Shown: in pieces, positions 1 through 11,413 of the stretch
Layout: the number at the start of each line of letters is the position of its first letter
How positions within the stretch are numbered: position 1 is the stretch's first letter
Assembly: GCA_051294375.1 (NCBI GenBank)
Contig: CM119269.1
Coordinates: 17,011,030 to 17,075,029, forward strand
Source: Paraspadella gotoi
Lineage: Eukaryota; Animalia; Chaetognatha
DNA: 64,000 nucleotides
Reading direction: 5' to 3'
Notes under the pieces: model-generated
What the model saw: only the letters and a program-made list of their open reading frames with translations
Told to the model about the DNA's origin: nothing
Databases searched by the model: none
Position numbers and translations under genes: made by a program

Positions 1-789
1 GAATGAAAAGGAGAATGAGAGAGAAAATTGAAGAGGAGAACGAAATGGAGAATCTTTAAACGGATGAAAAAGAAAGAAAGAAAGAGAAAGAGGAGAAAAG
101 AAAAGAAAAAGATGTAATGAAGAGGAAGAAAAAAAAAGAGAAACGGCAGAACAAAAAAAAAAATTCCCCACAAATCCGTTTGGGGTATTTTTATCATCCA
201 CCTTCCTTCACTCCCCCCCCCCCCCGTACAGCGTCCTCCCCCCTCCCCCCTGTCGCTTCTCCCCGCTCTTCCGCCCCCCCCCGACCGCCAGTCTTCTTCC
301 CCACTCCGTTCTCTTTCCACCCGCATCGTTTTTCAAAGAGAACGCTGATTTTTAGGAATATCCACCTCTTGAGCGAGAAAAGTCCCGGGATCGAAACCTG
401 GGGTTTAACGGGTTTTCTTGCAATCGTTGCTAAAGGTTTGCTGGATGGTGGCTTTGAATATGGCGGACCTTGGTTCCAGGTTCATTATCATCGCCACCCA
501 ATTCTATCAGCCCGGCAAATGGCCGCCTCATCCTTCTGCATCTGCTTTAAATGCTCATCAATGAACGGATTGGTCCTTTACTTAATAAATCTGCTCGAGT
601 GATTTTTTATTCAAATGAAAAGCATAGAATGCGGTAGAACAAGATAAACTCCATCATGTGATGATTCCTAAACAATAATGACGATAATAAAAACAACAAC
701 AACAGACTATTTTCCGTAAGTCGTCCTTTTTTTCTCTCTTTTTTTCGCTTTGAAACAAAAAGATAAAAAAATAAAAAAAAGCGGCGCCC

Positions 790-925
790 GTGGGTTTCGT
801 TCCCGTGATCCCGGTGGATGGAAATATCATTGAGGATGGCCTTGAGGTCAGAAGGCTTTGGTCGAGAGTCGTGAAACAAAAGGAATATAAAAATCAGTGA
901 AGGATAGACTGGAATTCCGTCAGAC
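790..925 (-). other. Degenerate duplicate(s) of the exon at 1664-1546
   Basis: Minus strand 876-790 reads FHDSRPKPSDLKAILNDISIHRDHGNETH versus VTEFEAVLNDVPLHWDRGNETH and shares CGGGAACGAAACCCAC exactly; no GT donor at the equivalent position. A weaker LTEFQSILH* copy starts near 924. Confidence 0.6.
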
Positions 926-1545
926 TGGTTTGAGAGAGAGGGGAAAGAAAGGGGAGAGAGAAGAGAGAAAGAAGGGAGAGAGAGGGGAGAGAGAGAAGAG
1001 AGAGAGAGAGGGGAGAGAGAAGGGAGAGAGAGGGGTTGAACTCGGAATACAAGACTCATCCTTTCTTTCTTTATTATTTCGCTGAAGCGCAAGCAAAGTT
1101 TCTTTCCCTTTTCCAACTCCTCCTCCTACTCCTCCTCCTCCTCCTACTCCTCCTTTTCCTCTTTGCCTCTTTCTCATTCGAGCTCCAAAAACGCATGATT
1201 TTGACGACGAAACCTTTTTCCGTAACATTTTATCTATATAAGCTTCTTTTTATTAACGTAATTTCCAAAGACTCAAAAACAGACTGACAGAAAAGCATTT
1301 TTTTTTCGTATCGCGTTTTGTCTCAAGACGATGCCTGTCGACAGTATAGTATCGACGCCCTGACCTCAACGCGCAGGAAGACAGTTTGCCAAACAAACAG
1401 AGAAATAGAACGAGAGACAGACAGACCAGGCATACAGGCAGTCCGACCAAATAGACGGAGAGACGACAACAAAAATAGAATTATTACAGACAGATAAGAC
1501 AGACAGTCGGAAATACGACGATAAAGAATAAAAGGATTATAGCAC

Positions 1546-3150
1546 CTGTGGGTTTCGTTCCCGCGATCCCAGTGGAGAGGGACGTCGTTGAGGACGGCCT
1601 CGAACTCGGTCACGTTGGTCGCGACTCGGCAAAGGGGGGAGCGGAGGAGGAGGAGCCCGAAGTCCTGGGGGTTGAGGGGCCGAGGGGTTTTGGGGGTTGG
1701 GGATAAGAAGTGACGAGTTGATGGAAACAGGTGATTAGGAGATGGGGGTGATGTGGGCTTAGGGATCTGGATAGTGGATGTCAGGATAGGGTTGAGATTT
1801 GAAGTTAGAGGAAGAATTGGGATGATTGCGTGGAATGGTAACAGGGCCTGTCGACCCGTGTCGGGGGCGAATGGGTTAGAAGAAAAAAATTAATATTAAT
1901 TAGCTCAGTCGAGGAAAGAAAGAAAGAAAGAAAAGAAGAAAGAGAAAAAAAAAAAGAAAGGGAAAAAAAATGAAAAAATAGAGAAAGAAAACCAACAAAT
2001 GATCCGGTGAGGAGAGAGAGAGAGAGAGAGGAAAGAGGGAGGGAGGTATTAATGGTAAGACTGGCCAGTTTCATATCTTTTTTTTTATCATTCCGATAAC
2101 AATGTCTGCGAATTGGCTTCTATAAATGACATCTCTGCGCTATGGCTCGAGACGAATAATTTAAAGGGGGCTTTTATATAAATGGGGCATCGAAAGAGCT
2201 TCGCGGATTGGCTCTCTGCTTTTGGCTTCTAAAAAATTCTGCAAAAATATGGAATATTATGGACATCTTTGATCAGATGCAAAGAAATATTAATTTTTTT
2301 ATGAATTCATTGATTGTATGTATGTTTACCGTCGTTTACGTACATTTTCATTCTAATCCTCATATCTTATTTGATTCCAGCAAAACTTCATCACTGATTT
2401 AGAACTGTAATTCCATTTAAATTCCATTTCCCGATTCCATCTCTGATTCCATCCCTAAATAATTTCCCGGTTCCATCTCTAATTCCATCACCGATTTCAT
2501 TCCCCGAATTCCATTAGCCGATTCCATTCCCCTATTTCATTCCGCGGATTCCATCCCTCTCACCTTTTGCGCCTTGACGACGATCTGTCCCGTCGCTGCA
2601 TCGAAAGCCGCCGACTCGACCGTCGTCGGCGCCGTGTCCCTTCTGGCGCCGCAGAGCCGTGGCCGGGCGACGCCGCGCCGGAAGGGGGCGTGGCACGAGA
2701 AGCAGACGCTGGCGTTGACGTCGTCGACGAAGCCTCCCTGGAGGCCTGAAGGAGTCGGAGGGAGGAAGGGAAGGAGAAGTGACAAAAGGGAATAAAGGAA
2801 GGAAGAAGTTAAATAAGGTGAGAAGCTGTGAAGGCGAGAATATTTTCTATTTTTAGTTGAATTCGAGGTGAAGCCTTTTGCGTCGCATCATAACTTTTTT
2901 GGAAGATGAAGACGACGATGGATGTGACATCGATAGCGGAAGCGAAGACGACGAGGATAACATCGGTGACGCGACAACAAAGCCGACGAAGACATCAGCG
3001 GTGATTACGACGAAGAGTTCGAAGACACTGACGTCCACCGCGCCACTATTGGCGTATGTAAGTGAAAACATGGAATACCAGCATCAACATACGATTACGA
3101 ACATCCAAAAATAAAAACTTTAACTTTGACTTTGACTTTAACTTTCACCC

Positions 3151-3187
<37 letters not shown>

Positions 3188-3248
3188 ACACGGCGACGAC
3201 GCGTCAATGTCAGGGACAACGACGATTCGGCAGCAACGATGACGATTA

Positions 3249-3294
<46 letters not shown>

Positions 3295-3384
3295 AGCGAT
3301 CGACGAACGTTGGAGTGACAAACGACGGCGCTGAGGACAACGGAGACGTCGATGACAACACCTGAGTCGTTGGAGACGTGAGGA

Positions 3385-3419
<35 letters not shown>

Positions 3420-4409
3420 AGAATGATGACGAAGACGAATCCCCTTCAAAACAACGACGACGTTGACGCCGAAAAACAGACTAGAAAAATGAGGATGAGA
3501 AAGTGAAACGAGGTCGAACTTAATCACCGACGTTAAAAACGAAATCACAACGACTTCGATTGAAGAAGCATTTTCACGGCTTTGACAATATTTTCACCCA
3601 TTTTACAAGTCACAACCGGATAGCCACATTTCACACGTCAGCAATAAAATTATTGAACATTTAGCGTTCATTTCATAATAGATAAACAATACAAAAAACA
3701 ATACCATAGGCTTCTTCAAAGTCTCGGGCAAGACAGCTTAGTTATTGAATTTCACCTATACTGATTGAATTTCAAACATATAACTTCGTACTCTTTAACT
3801 CTTTAGCCCCTTCCCAGTTCCCACCCTTCCCAATTTTTACTTACCCGGAGAAACGAATGGTTCTTGTATCCTCGACATCAGCGATGACCAGAGAAGAACG
3901 CTCTTGTCGTCGTCGTCGTCGTCGTCGTCTCTCCATCGCTTCCACCGAGACAAATTATTCGACGACGTTTTATTAGATTTTCCTTTCTTTTCCGTTTTCC
4001 TTTTCTTTTCTTCACCTCCTTTCTTCTCTTTTTTCCTTTTCTTTTCTCCTCGTTGGAATCCATCTTCTCTTTTTATCTTCGTCCCTTGTTCTTTTATTTT
4101 CTCCTCCGATTTACTGAATTTACCGTCGACTTTTGTCTTTCTACTCTGCGAGAGCGACGATGACAACGATGACGACGATGACGACGACGACGACGAGACA
4201 AAGGGGGAGCCGGGGATCGATGCTTTCGTTGACGCCGACGCGGAAGCCGACGTCAACGTCAAAACCGGCGCCGCCAATGACGCCGACGTCGTCACCGACT
4301 TGGCGTCATCGTTCAGGTGTTCGTCGTCCGCGTCGCTTCGACCGGAAGCGGCCGACATGTGTCCGAATAGGAGGAGGAAGAGGAAGAGGAGTTGAACCAG
4401 ACGCCGCAT
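1546..4409 (-). CDS. Unidentified secreted/precursor protein, partial (exons 4409-3845, 2745-2564, 1664-1546; downstream exons unresolved)
   Basis: Signal-peptide-like start MRRLVQLLFLFLLLFGHMSAASG, Ser- and Lys-rich linker, furin-type RWKR. Donor G|GTAAGT (phase 1) fits acceptor TTCAG|GC; donor AAG|GTGAGA (phase 0) fits CCCAG|GAC. Joined product continues ...GLQGGFVDDVNASVCFSCHAPF...AQK/DFGLLLLRSPLCRVATNVTEFEAVLNDVPLHWDRGNETH with three N-glycosylation sequons. Family not recognised. Confidence 0.5.
2410..2556. repeat. Degenerate ATTCC/ATTCCAT-based tandem repeat (intronic)
   Basis: Many spaced ATTCCAT/ATTCC units visible directly. Confidence 0.7.
3151..3420. repeat. (ACG)n and (GGC)n trinucleotide microsatellites
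   Basis: Direct tandem runs. Confidence 0.9.
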
Positions 4410-4665
4410 TCTTTTGTTTTTTCTTCTGTCTTTTTTTTTCCAGCAGCTTATCGACTTTTATTATCTCGGAGCTTAAATGGTAATACCGCGACTAATACTG
4501 TAGATGCCGCGGGCGGCGAGGCTTTATATATTCAACGTCGCGTTGAAATCTGGATTTTCCGTTTTTTTTCTTTTTTTTTCTTTTTTTCTTTCTAATCAAT
4601 AAATCGTAAGTGTCGATGAAAATATGTTGATCACGCGACGCATCGAACCTGAGAATAGAAAAAAG

Positions 4666-4784
<119 letters not shown>

Positions 4785-5557
4785 GGATATTTTTAAAGCG
4801 ATGTACATTGTACAATAGTACATATTGATGAACCGTGAATACTGAATAGTGAATACAGAGTATGCGCATAATAAAACATAACGCTTCGTTTGGAAATAAG
4901 TAAATTCGATTTTATAGTATTGGCATAACCGTAGCTTACCCATGATATCATTACAATGTCGCGGTCAAGGAACGCGAACGAATCCAATCTTCGTCCTTGC
5001 GTTTGGCAAAGGGAGTGTCAAGGTTATAAAGTAAGCTTTTTACTCAAGGTCACCCAAGGTCACCAGGACAATATAAAAAATTGCGGGTTAAAACTTGGCA
5101 ATGCCCGGGACAAATATTAGTTATAAGGACGTTTTTAAATCTCTTCGCAAAAGACGATAAAAATAAGAATGATGATGAAAATAGTATTAAATCTGATGGT
5201 GATGAAAGAGCAACTATGCCAAGCATGCCAATTAATCACAAGGACAAAGAGCGAAGATAACCGACTCCCAACATGACCATGGAGACAAAGATGGACATTG
5301 GACAATGCACATTGGACAATGGACAAGGACGGCGAAGAAGGAAACGATAAGTTTTACGAAGCGGAAGACGACGACGACGAATCGCCTCAAAAACGCAGTC
5401 GATTCAAGATCCTGCCCTTCTGGTCGTTGACCTCTCTGTTTGGGTCGGGTCGTGACCGCGATGATCCTGACCACCTACGTGACCCCGGAAACGATAACTA
5501 ACCCTCATTCGCACCAAACATGACTTGGTTCTGTTCCAAAGAAATTATTTGAAAAGA

Positions 5558-5695
<138 letters not shown>

Positions 5696-8600
5696 AAATG
5701 TTTATTTACAGACATATTTATTAGTTTTTCTCTCCGCTTCGTTCGACGCCATCTTTGTTTTTCCCGCTGTCAATCTCGTCTTCGTCTCTGTCGTCGTCTT
5801 TGTCCTCATCGTCATAATCGTCGTTGTCGTGGTCTTCACCGTCATATTCGTCGTCGTCACCCTCGTCGTTTTCGTCGTCATCGTCGCCGCCTTCGCGAAT
5901 GGTAAGTGACCCCTTGCGACCGACCTTCTCTCTCAGGTCTCAGAATATGAGAGGGATATATATATATAGAGATCTTGATATCAGGAATGAACTCACCTTT
6001 TTGAATAATGAATTCGATTCGTGAGTTTCTCACCGTGAATAGTTGATGAAAGGAAGCGTCGATCTAAAGCTAGAGACTGAGTACAGAATCAGGTGTGTCA
6101 GATCAAACCAGTACGTAATTTAAATAATTAGCAAATAAACATTAAGTGGCTATAGCTTGGTAAATTGAGGAGATTTAAATAAAACAAATAATAATAAAAA
6201 AAAAAAATCGTAATGGATACGTATTAATTTTAAAGATTCAGTCGCAGAAAAAACTCTTGATGAAAATCCGATCTTTTTATGAGTCTTTATGGAAGAACAG
6301 AACGATTCGACGGCAAGGACAAAACGGCATTCTGCGGAACTGGTGTTCCAGTGTCCACTGTCCAGTGTCAGCCTTGCTCGTATCAGCTCATCGCACACAA
6401 TGCTTCATTCGTTCAATGTTCATCCAACGCCATAATAAGAGTTTTCACACCACACCTACTTGCCTGCGTTCAATCCGCACAAAATTTCAACTCTTCTACC
6501 TCATATAGGGTGTTACGCGTTCATGCCAAGCCCGGCAGCGCCCGGCCGTGCCCAGCATCGCCCGAGCGTGCCTGTCGGGCAGGTACTTCCCCAATTCCCT
6601 TTTCCTCCATCGCAGCTTATGAGTCGCAGGAGGAAATATGATGGTGACCGACTGCTCTTTTATTCATAGACTCGGTCGGAATGTCTCTCTGACGCCTCGT
6701 ATAGCGAAAGCCTTGTCGCTGCTGACGCCGTTTTGCGTCATTGGGTTTAGGGATATTTAAAAAAAACAGCGACGACGTTAAATCGTGAATAAATTAGGTG
6801 AATAATAATTAGGTTTAATGGATTTAAAGGTTTAAACTTAAAGGTTTAAAGGTTCAAAAGAACAAACCGATAAATTTTTTAGCAAATATCTCATCATCGA
6901 TCGATCGAGAGAGATTGTCTTTTCTCCCATCAAAAAAATCATTCGTAATCGAAGATCGCGGACAAAAACGTAATCGAGCCGAAAGTTTTAAAGCTTTGAA
7001 ACGACGTCCATCAAAGGCTTACTTGTCTCGATTTACACGAAGAATTTGTGTGTAACTATTTATTTAATTTATTTATAAGAATTCGGAAATCATTTTTCTA
7101 TTTACACAATTTAAATTCGCCTATTTAATAACTTCATTATATTTTACAAAAATGTAATTCATAAGCGGTCGGCTTTCTTTTTTCTGATATCTGCTTAATC
7201 ATGGCGGACACTTCAGAGTTATCTTTATTAGTTAATATCTTTTTTGTTTATTGTTTGAAGCGAACTAAGTAAAGAGTAAAAAGATTTCGGCGAAAGAAAA
7301 ACGAAAATCTGCGATAAGCGAAAAAGTTTGGCTCGAAATGAATCATTGATTAACACAGATCAAAATTAAAGGCAGGTTGAAAATACAACATACAAAATTA
7401 TTATTGTATATTAATATTTTTTTTTTAGCGACTAACGTTTATCAACCATCAGTGCGGACAAAAATACGGGAAAAAAAGTCGAGTCGCTCATAGTCCATAG
7501 AAGTTTTTTTTTTAAATTTTCACAAAATCGTTCAAATTATCACAAATTAAAATCGGCGTTCGATCCAGTTATCAGTATTCCTTATTCTCCCCCACCTCTC
7601 ATCAATACTAAAAATTTTAAAAAACCCAAAAAAGTTGAAAAATTCGAATTTTGAATTCGAAAAGTCGAAGCTAAAAAATCATCGTCCAACTTCTGAAATC
7701 CGCGTTCGTCCGGATTCGCTCACGTTCTCCTCGTTCTCCTCGTTCTCCTCGTTCTCCTGCGCGAAATCGCGATCTCTCTCTTATTCTCTCTTCTCTCGTT
7801 CTCTCGTTCTTTCAATCTTTCTTTCTTTCGTTCGCAATCGCGTTCGTTCTTTCCTTCTCTCTTTCACGAATCACTCTCGAGGTCGGGCAGACCTCACTCT
7901 CAAACCTCACTCTCAGACCTCACTCTCAGACTGACTTTCATTTATGTTCTTCCATTGAAGTCTTTGCTTTTTTATCGTTGACGGTTTTTTCTGACCTTTC
8001 AAACTTTTTTCTACCTACACCCATGCAGTTCTGACTATATTTTCTTTGATATCGTTTTTGGTTTTTTTATTTTTGTCGTAGTGAATTTTTTTAAGCTTTA
8101 ATTCATCGATTTTCATTTAAGGTCATTTTTTAGGTTTTTTTGACTAGTTTTCCAATTTTAATGGAAAAAGCTTTTTAAATATATTTTTTCCACGGTTCGA
8201 TTAACATCGTCGACCGGCGATGACGCGTTTGTCAATGTGTTTTTTTGTTTTTTGTTGTTTTGTTTTTTTTTTTGAAAAACATTCGTTGATATATTTCCAA
8301 TTTTCCATCTATTGAGGCTTTATCATATATTTATCATAAACAAAAACATCTGCCATCTGAATTTAAAAAAATATTTTTTATTAAAGGCTATATATTTTCT
8401 AGTGATCTCTTAAAGGCCACATAATCGTTTTTATTTAATGCTCAATTTTTTTACCATAAGCTAAATTTTTTTCATCGCTCCGAGGACCTTAGGCTTTGCT
8501 ATTTACAAATTGTATTAGTTGTAGTCCACAACGGCAAATATTTCCCAGTTTTAATTGTGTCAACGTCTGATAATGATTAAAACAACGATAACGTTACAAA

Positions 8601-8921
8601 TACAATCGTTTTCTGTTCATCTGTTTATTTCAAATTAAATCGAGGTTCGTTTCTACAGCCCATCAGATGTCCTCTGCCATCGAAAATTATCTTTTGTTTT
8701 TTCGTGATCTGGGTCATCCTTGCCGGATATCCATGCTGGACTATTGCTGGAGTTACCAAACACGAATTTTCATCATCTGATATAAATTTCTGACGTAATT
8801 TCGTCAGGTACTCATTAGCGCTAAACCACGAGCAAAAAATTCACTCGACGATGGATTAATTCTGTTAATTCATTGACCAAATACTATGAAATTGGTACAA
8901 CCAATATAAAAATTCCATATC

Positions 8922-9857
8922 ATGAGGTAAATTTTTACATTGCTGTTTCTATATTTTGTGAAAATACGAAATATACATGCTAATTGTTCAAATTTAAAAT
9001 CGACCTATAAAGAATTCTCCAAAAATCTCGTTCTTTTCAGTTTCTGCGACTTCTTCGGGGGAGAGGTCTTCAAGGTAAATCGAACCTTTAACTGATTCGA
9101 TCGGTTAGGTTCTTCTCTGCCTGATCCATAATCCTAATCCATATGAACTTCTAGGACCATTTCAAGGAAGGCGTGTACGTCTGCTCTGAATGCGACAACG
9201 AACTTTTCGCCAGCTACAACAAATACGAACACGGAACTCCCTGGCCCGCGTTTACTCACACAATCCGTCCGGACTCCGTCAAGAAATACGAGGAGCGTCC
9301 CAACGCTTTGAAAGTATGGCTCGAGCAGAGACTGGCTACAGTGGCGACACTGCACCGTACAGACTGTAATGAATGAAGAACTATATCAATTCAATCGCAA
9401 GATGTTTGACATTGAATCATTGAAACTGTTTTTTGTCAAACAACATTTATCATTCCCTTTCCTATTTTGACGGCTCAGGTTAAATGCGGAAAATGCGGCA
9501 ACGGACTCGGTCACGAGTTCCTCAACGATCGAGGACCCGGGAATAGCCGATTTTGAATTTTCTCTGCCAGCCTCAAGTTAGTTGGAAATTAAAGTTGCTT
9601 TTGAGGAATTGAAGTTCTTAAGAATTTTCTTGTCCATGCCGATTCCATGCTCTTAAATTGGTTCAAATTTACGTGCATTTGCTTATTATTTTTTATGTGC
9701 TATTAACTTCTGAAGTACAAACTACAATGCAATTTCTGTTGCCCAGTAAAGTTGTAAACAAACCGGGCATTTTGTTTCTTTCATCAGGTTTGTCCCGAAG
9801 AAGATGACGCCACCATTAGATCTCAAACCCTCGGGTGACGAACAAAAGGGTAGCTGA
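8922..9857 (+). CDS. MSRB1: Methionine-R-sulfoxide reductase B1 / selenoprotein R (about 121 aa; exons 8922-8926, 9041-9074, 9155-9313, 9479-9576, 9788-9857; Sec codon TGA at 9554-9556)
   Basis: Spliced product [55 protein letters not shown]...[28 protein letters not shown](U)IFSASLKFVPKK closely matches vertebrate MsrB1 (MSFCSFFGGEVF...PWPAF...[15 protein letters not shown]...SRFUIFSSSLKFVPK). Two Zn CxxC motifs and Cys4 are retained; all introns are GT-AG and phase-compatible. Confidence 0.96.
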
Positions 9858-10074
9858 TGCTCGTAACTGAAGAAACGAATGGAATAAAAATAAAGTGCAC
9901 CTGATACGTGTCTCCTTTGCGTTTCTTATTAACCTTTTCACGTTAAGACACTGGTTCCACTTCTTTCCAACGTTTCTTCAGTTTTTTAGGCGGGTTGATA
10001 TCTCATAATATATCTCTTATTAATTACAATAGGAGTAGACAATAAAACCGGATAATGCCTGGAATGGATTTTCT

Positions 10075-10146
10075 CGACAAAATATGACGAGCAATAATCA
10101 ATCCTTATTTGTGAGGAGTTTTTGCTCAGATGTTTTTTCTTTGTCG
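10075..10146 (+). promoter_or_regulatory. SECIS element, type II, in the MSRB1 3' UTR
   Basis: Helix I CGACAAA/TTTGTCG; core ATGAC...AGAT (non-Watson-Crick quartet); helix II GAGCAATAAT/GTTTTTGCTC; unpaired AA; apical mini-helix TCCTTA-TTTG-TGAGGA. Lies about 220 nt after the MsrB1 stop. Confidence 0.9.
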
Positions 10147-10187
10147 CGGCCGTTAAGTGGAAGATATGTACAATTGGGGATGTGCAT

Positions 10188-10197
10188 NNNNNNNNNN
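10188..10197. other. Assembly gap (10 N)
   Basis: NNNNNNNNNN in the sequence. Confidence 1.
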
Positions 10198-11413
10198 ACG
10201 ATGCGCAGCCCTAGTACAATTGTACATACATTATACATAGATGTCTTGACTTTTAATTTATTTATTCGTGTTCGTTCAAGATATTTTTTTAGAATACGTT
10301 TTACTTTAGGTTGTAGTGATAATAAACGCTTTACCCCAAAAACTTGTCTTTTATTTACTAAGTATGATTACCTATTCAGGCAAATGCACTTGTTTTCTTA
10401 ATCATAATTACTAAAAAAAACAATGAATTTAATTTGACTGATAAAGAAATTGAGCAGAACTAAGCTTTAATAGTACCTAGTTGGCAATGCCAGTTTGAGA
10501 ACATAATGATCACGAGCCTTCGATTTTGAATCATTCGAAATTTTAATGGACATCATCAGTTCATGTAAAAAAAAGTTTTTTGGCTCAGCGGAGAGAGTTC
10601 ATCTCCTCGACACGAAAAGCATCAGAGGAAGAGGAAGAGGAAGAGGAACTTAAAAAGAAAGGATGGACGAAGCTGACGACGATGACGACAGCGAAGATTG
10701 CAGGTGCCAACCCAACTCAGTTGCGTGCGGTGCCACGGCGCCTCGAGAGGAGGAGGAAGAGGGTAAGGTATCAGAGCCGAGGCGAGAGAGAGAGAAAAAG
10801 GTAAGTCATCGAGTTCGACGAGTACGTTGGATTTAAAAATTTTTTCTAATGCGTCACACAACAATGAGCCAAGGAATCGGAGAATCTTAAAAAAAGTCTG
10901 ACCTCATTTTTTTTTTATTTGGTTTTCTCTTTTTCTTTTTTCCCCTTCGCTTAACTCGAGATCGAGAAGAGAATTATCAGGAGCGATGCGATCGTAAAAT
11001 CCCGCCTAAAAATCGAACTTACCTTTCGGTATTTGGGAATCGAACAAAGAGAGAGGGGGGAGAGGGCGTAAAAGCTAATTTCTCTCTCCCAAAAAGACGG
11101 GGGCGTTAGATAGAATCCAAATCGTAACTTACTATTTTTTTTTAATTCGGGATCGAGGCGCGGAAATTGTTCAGACCAGAAGTTCACTTTCCTCTAGAAT
11201 TTGCGGGGCGTGAAATCCCATCACTCCTCGATCCCAAAATTACCTTTCGAGAGGCGACGATTCGAACTTACCATTTTTCGGAAGGTAATACCGACAACAC
11301 CAAAAAAAATTAACTGCAAGACGAAACTAAAAAAATGTGCTCAAATTCAAGCCTCGAATTAATTCTCGAAAAATAAACAAACTTCCTCTCCTAAATTTCC
11401 TGCGCCGAAAGTG

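Noticed and set aside
2856-3114. Acidic/Thr-rich + strand ORF inside the intron of the minus-strand gene (nested gene?)
   Set aside because: Low-complexity GAC-derived sequence with no upstream start or partner exon identified.
6279-6641. 120-aa ATG ORF
   Set aside because: No recognisable motif or supported splice partners on either strand; may be decayed TE sequence.
9554-9556. Premature stop suggesting an MsrB pseudogene
   Set aside because: It is at the Sec position, homology continues downstream and a SECIS is present.
10662-10801. Short acidic ORF with GTAAG donors upstream of the ZIP gene
   Set aside because: The ZIP already has a signal-peptide start at 11414; at best a 5' UTR exon and cannot be supported.
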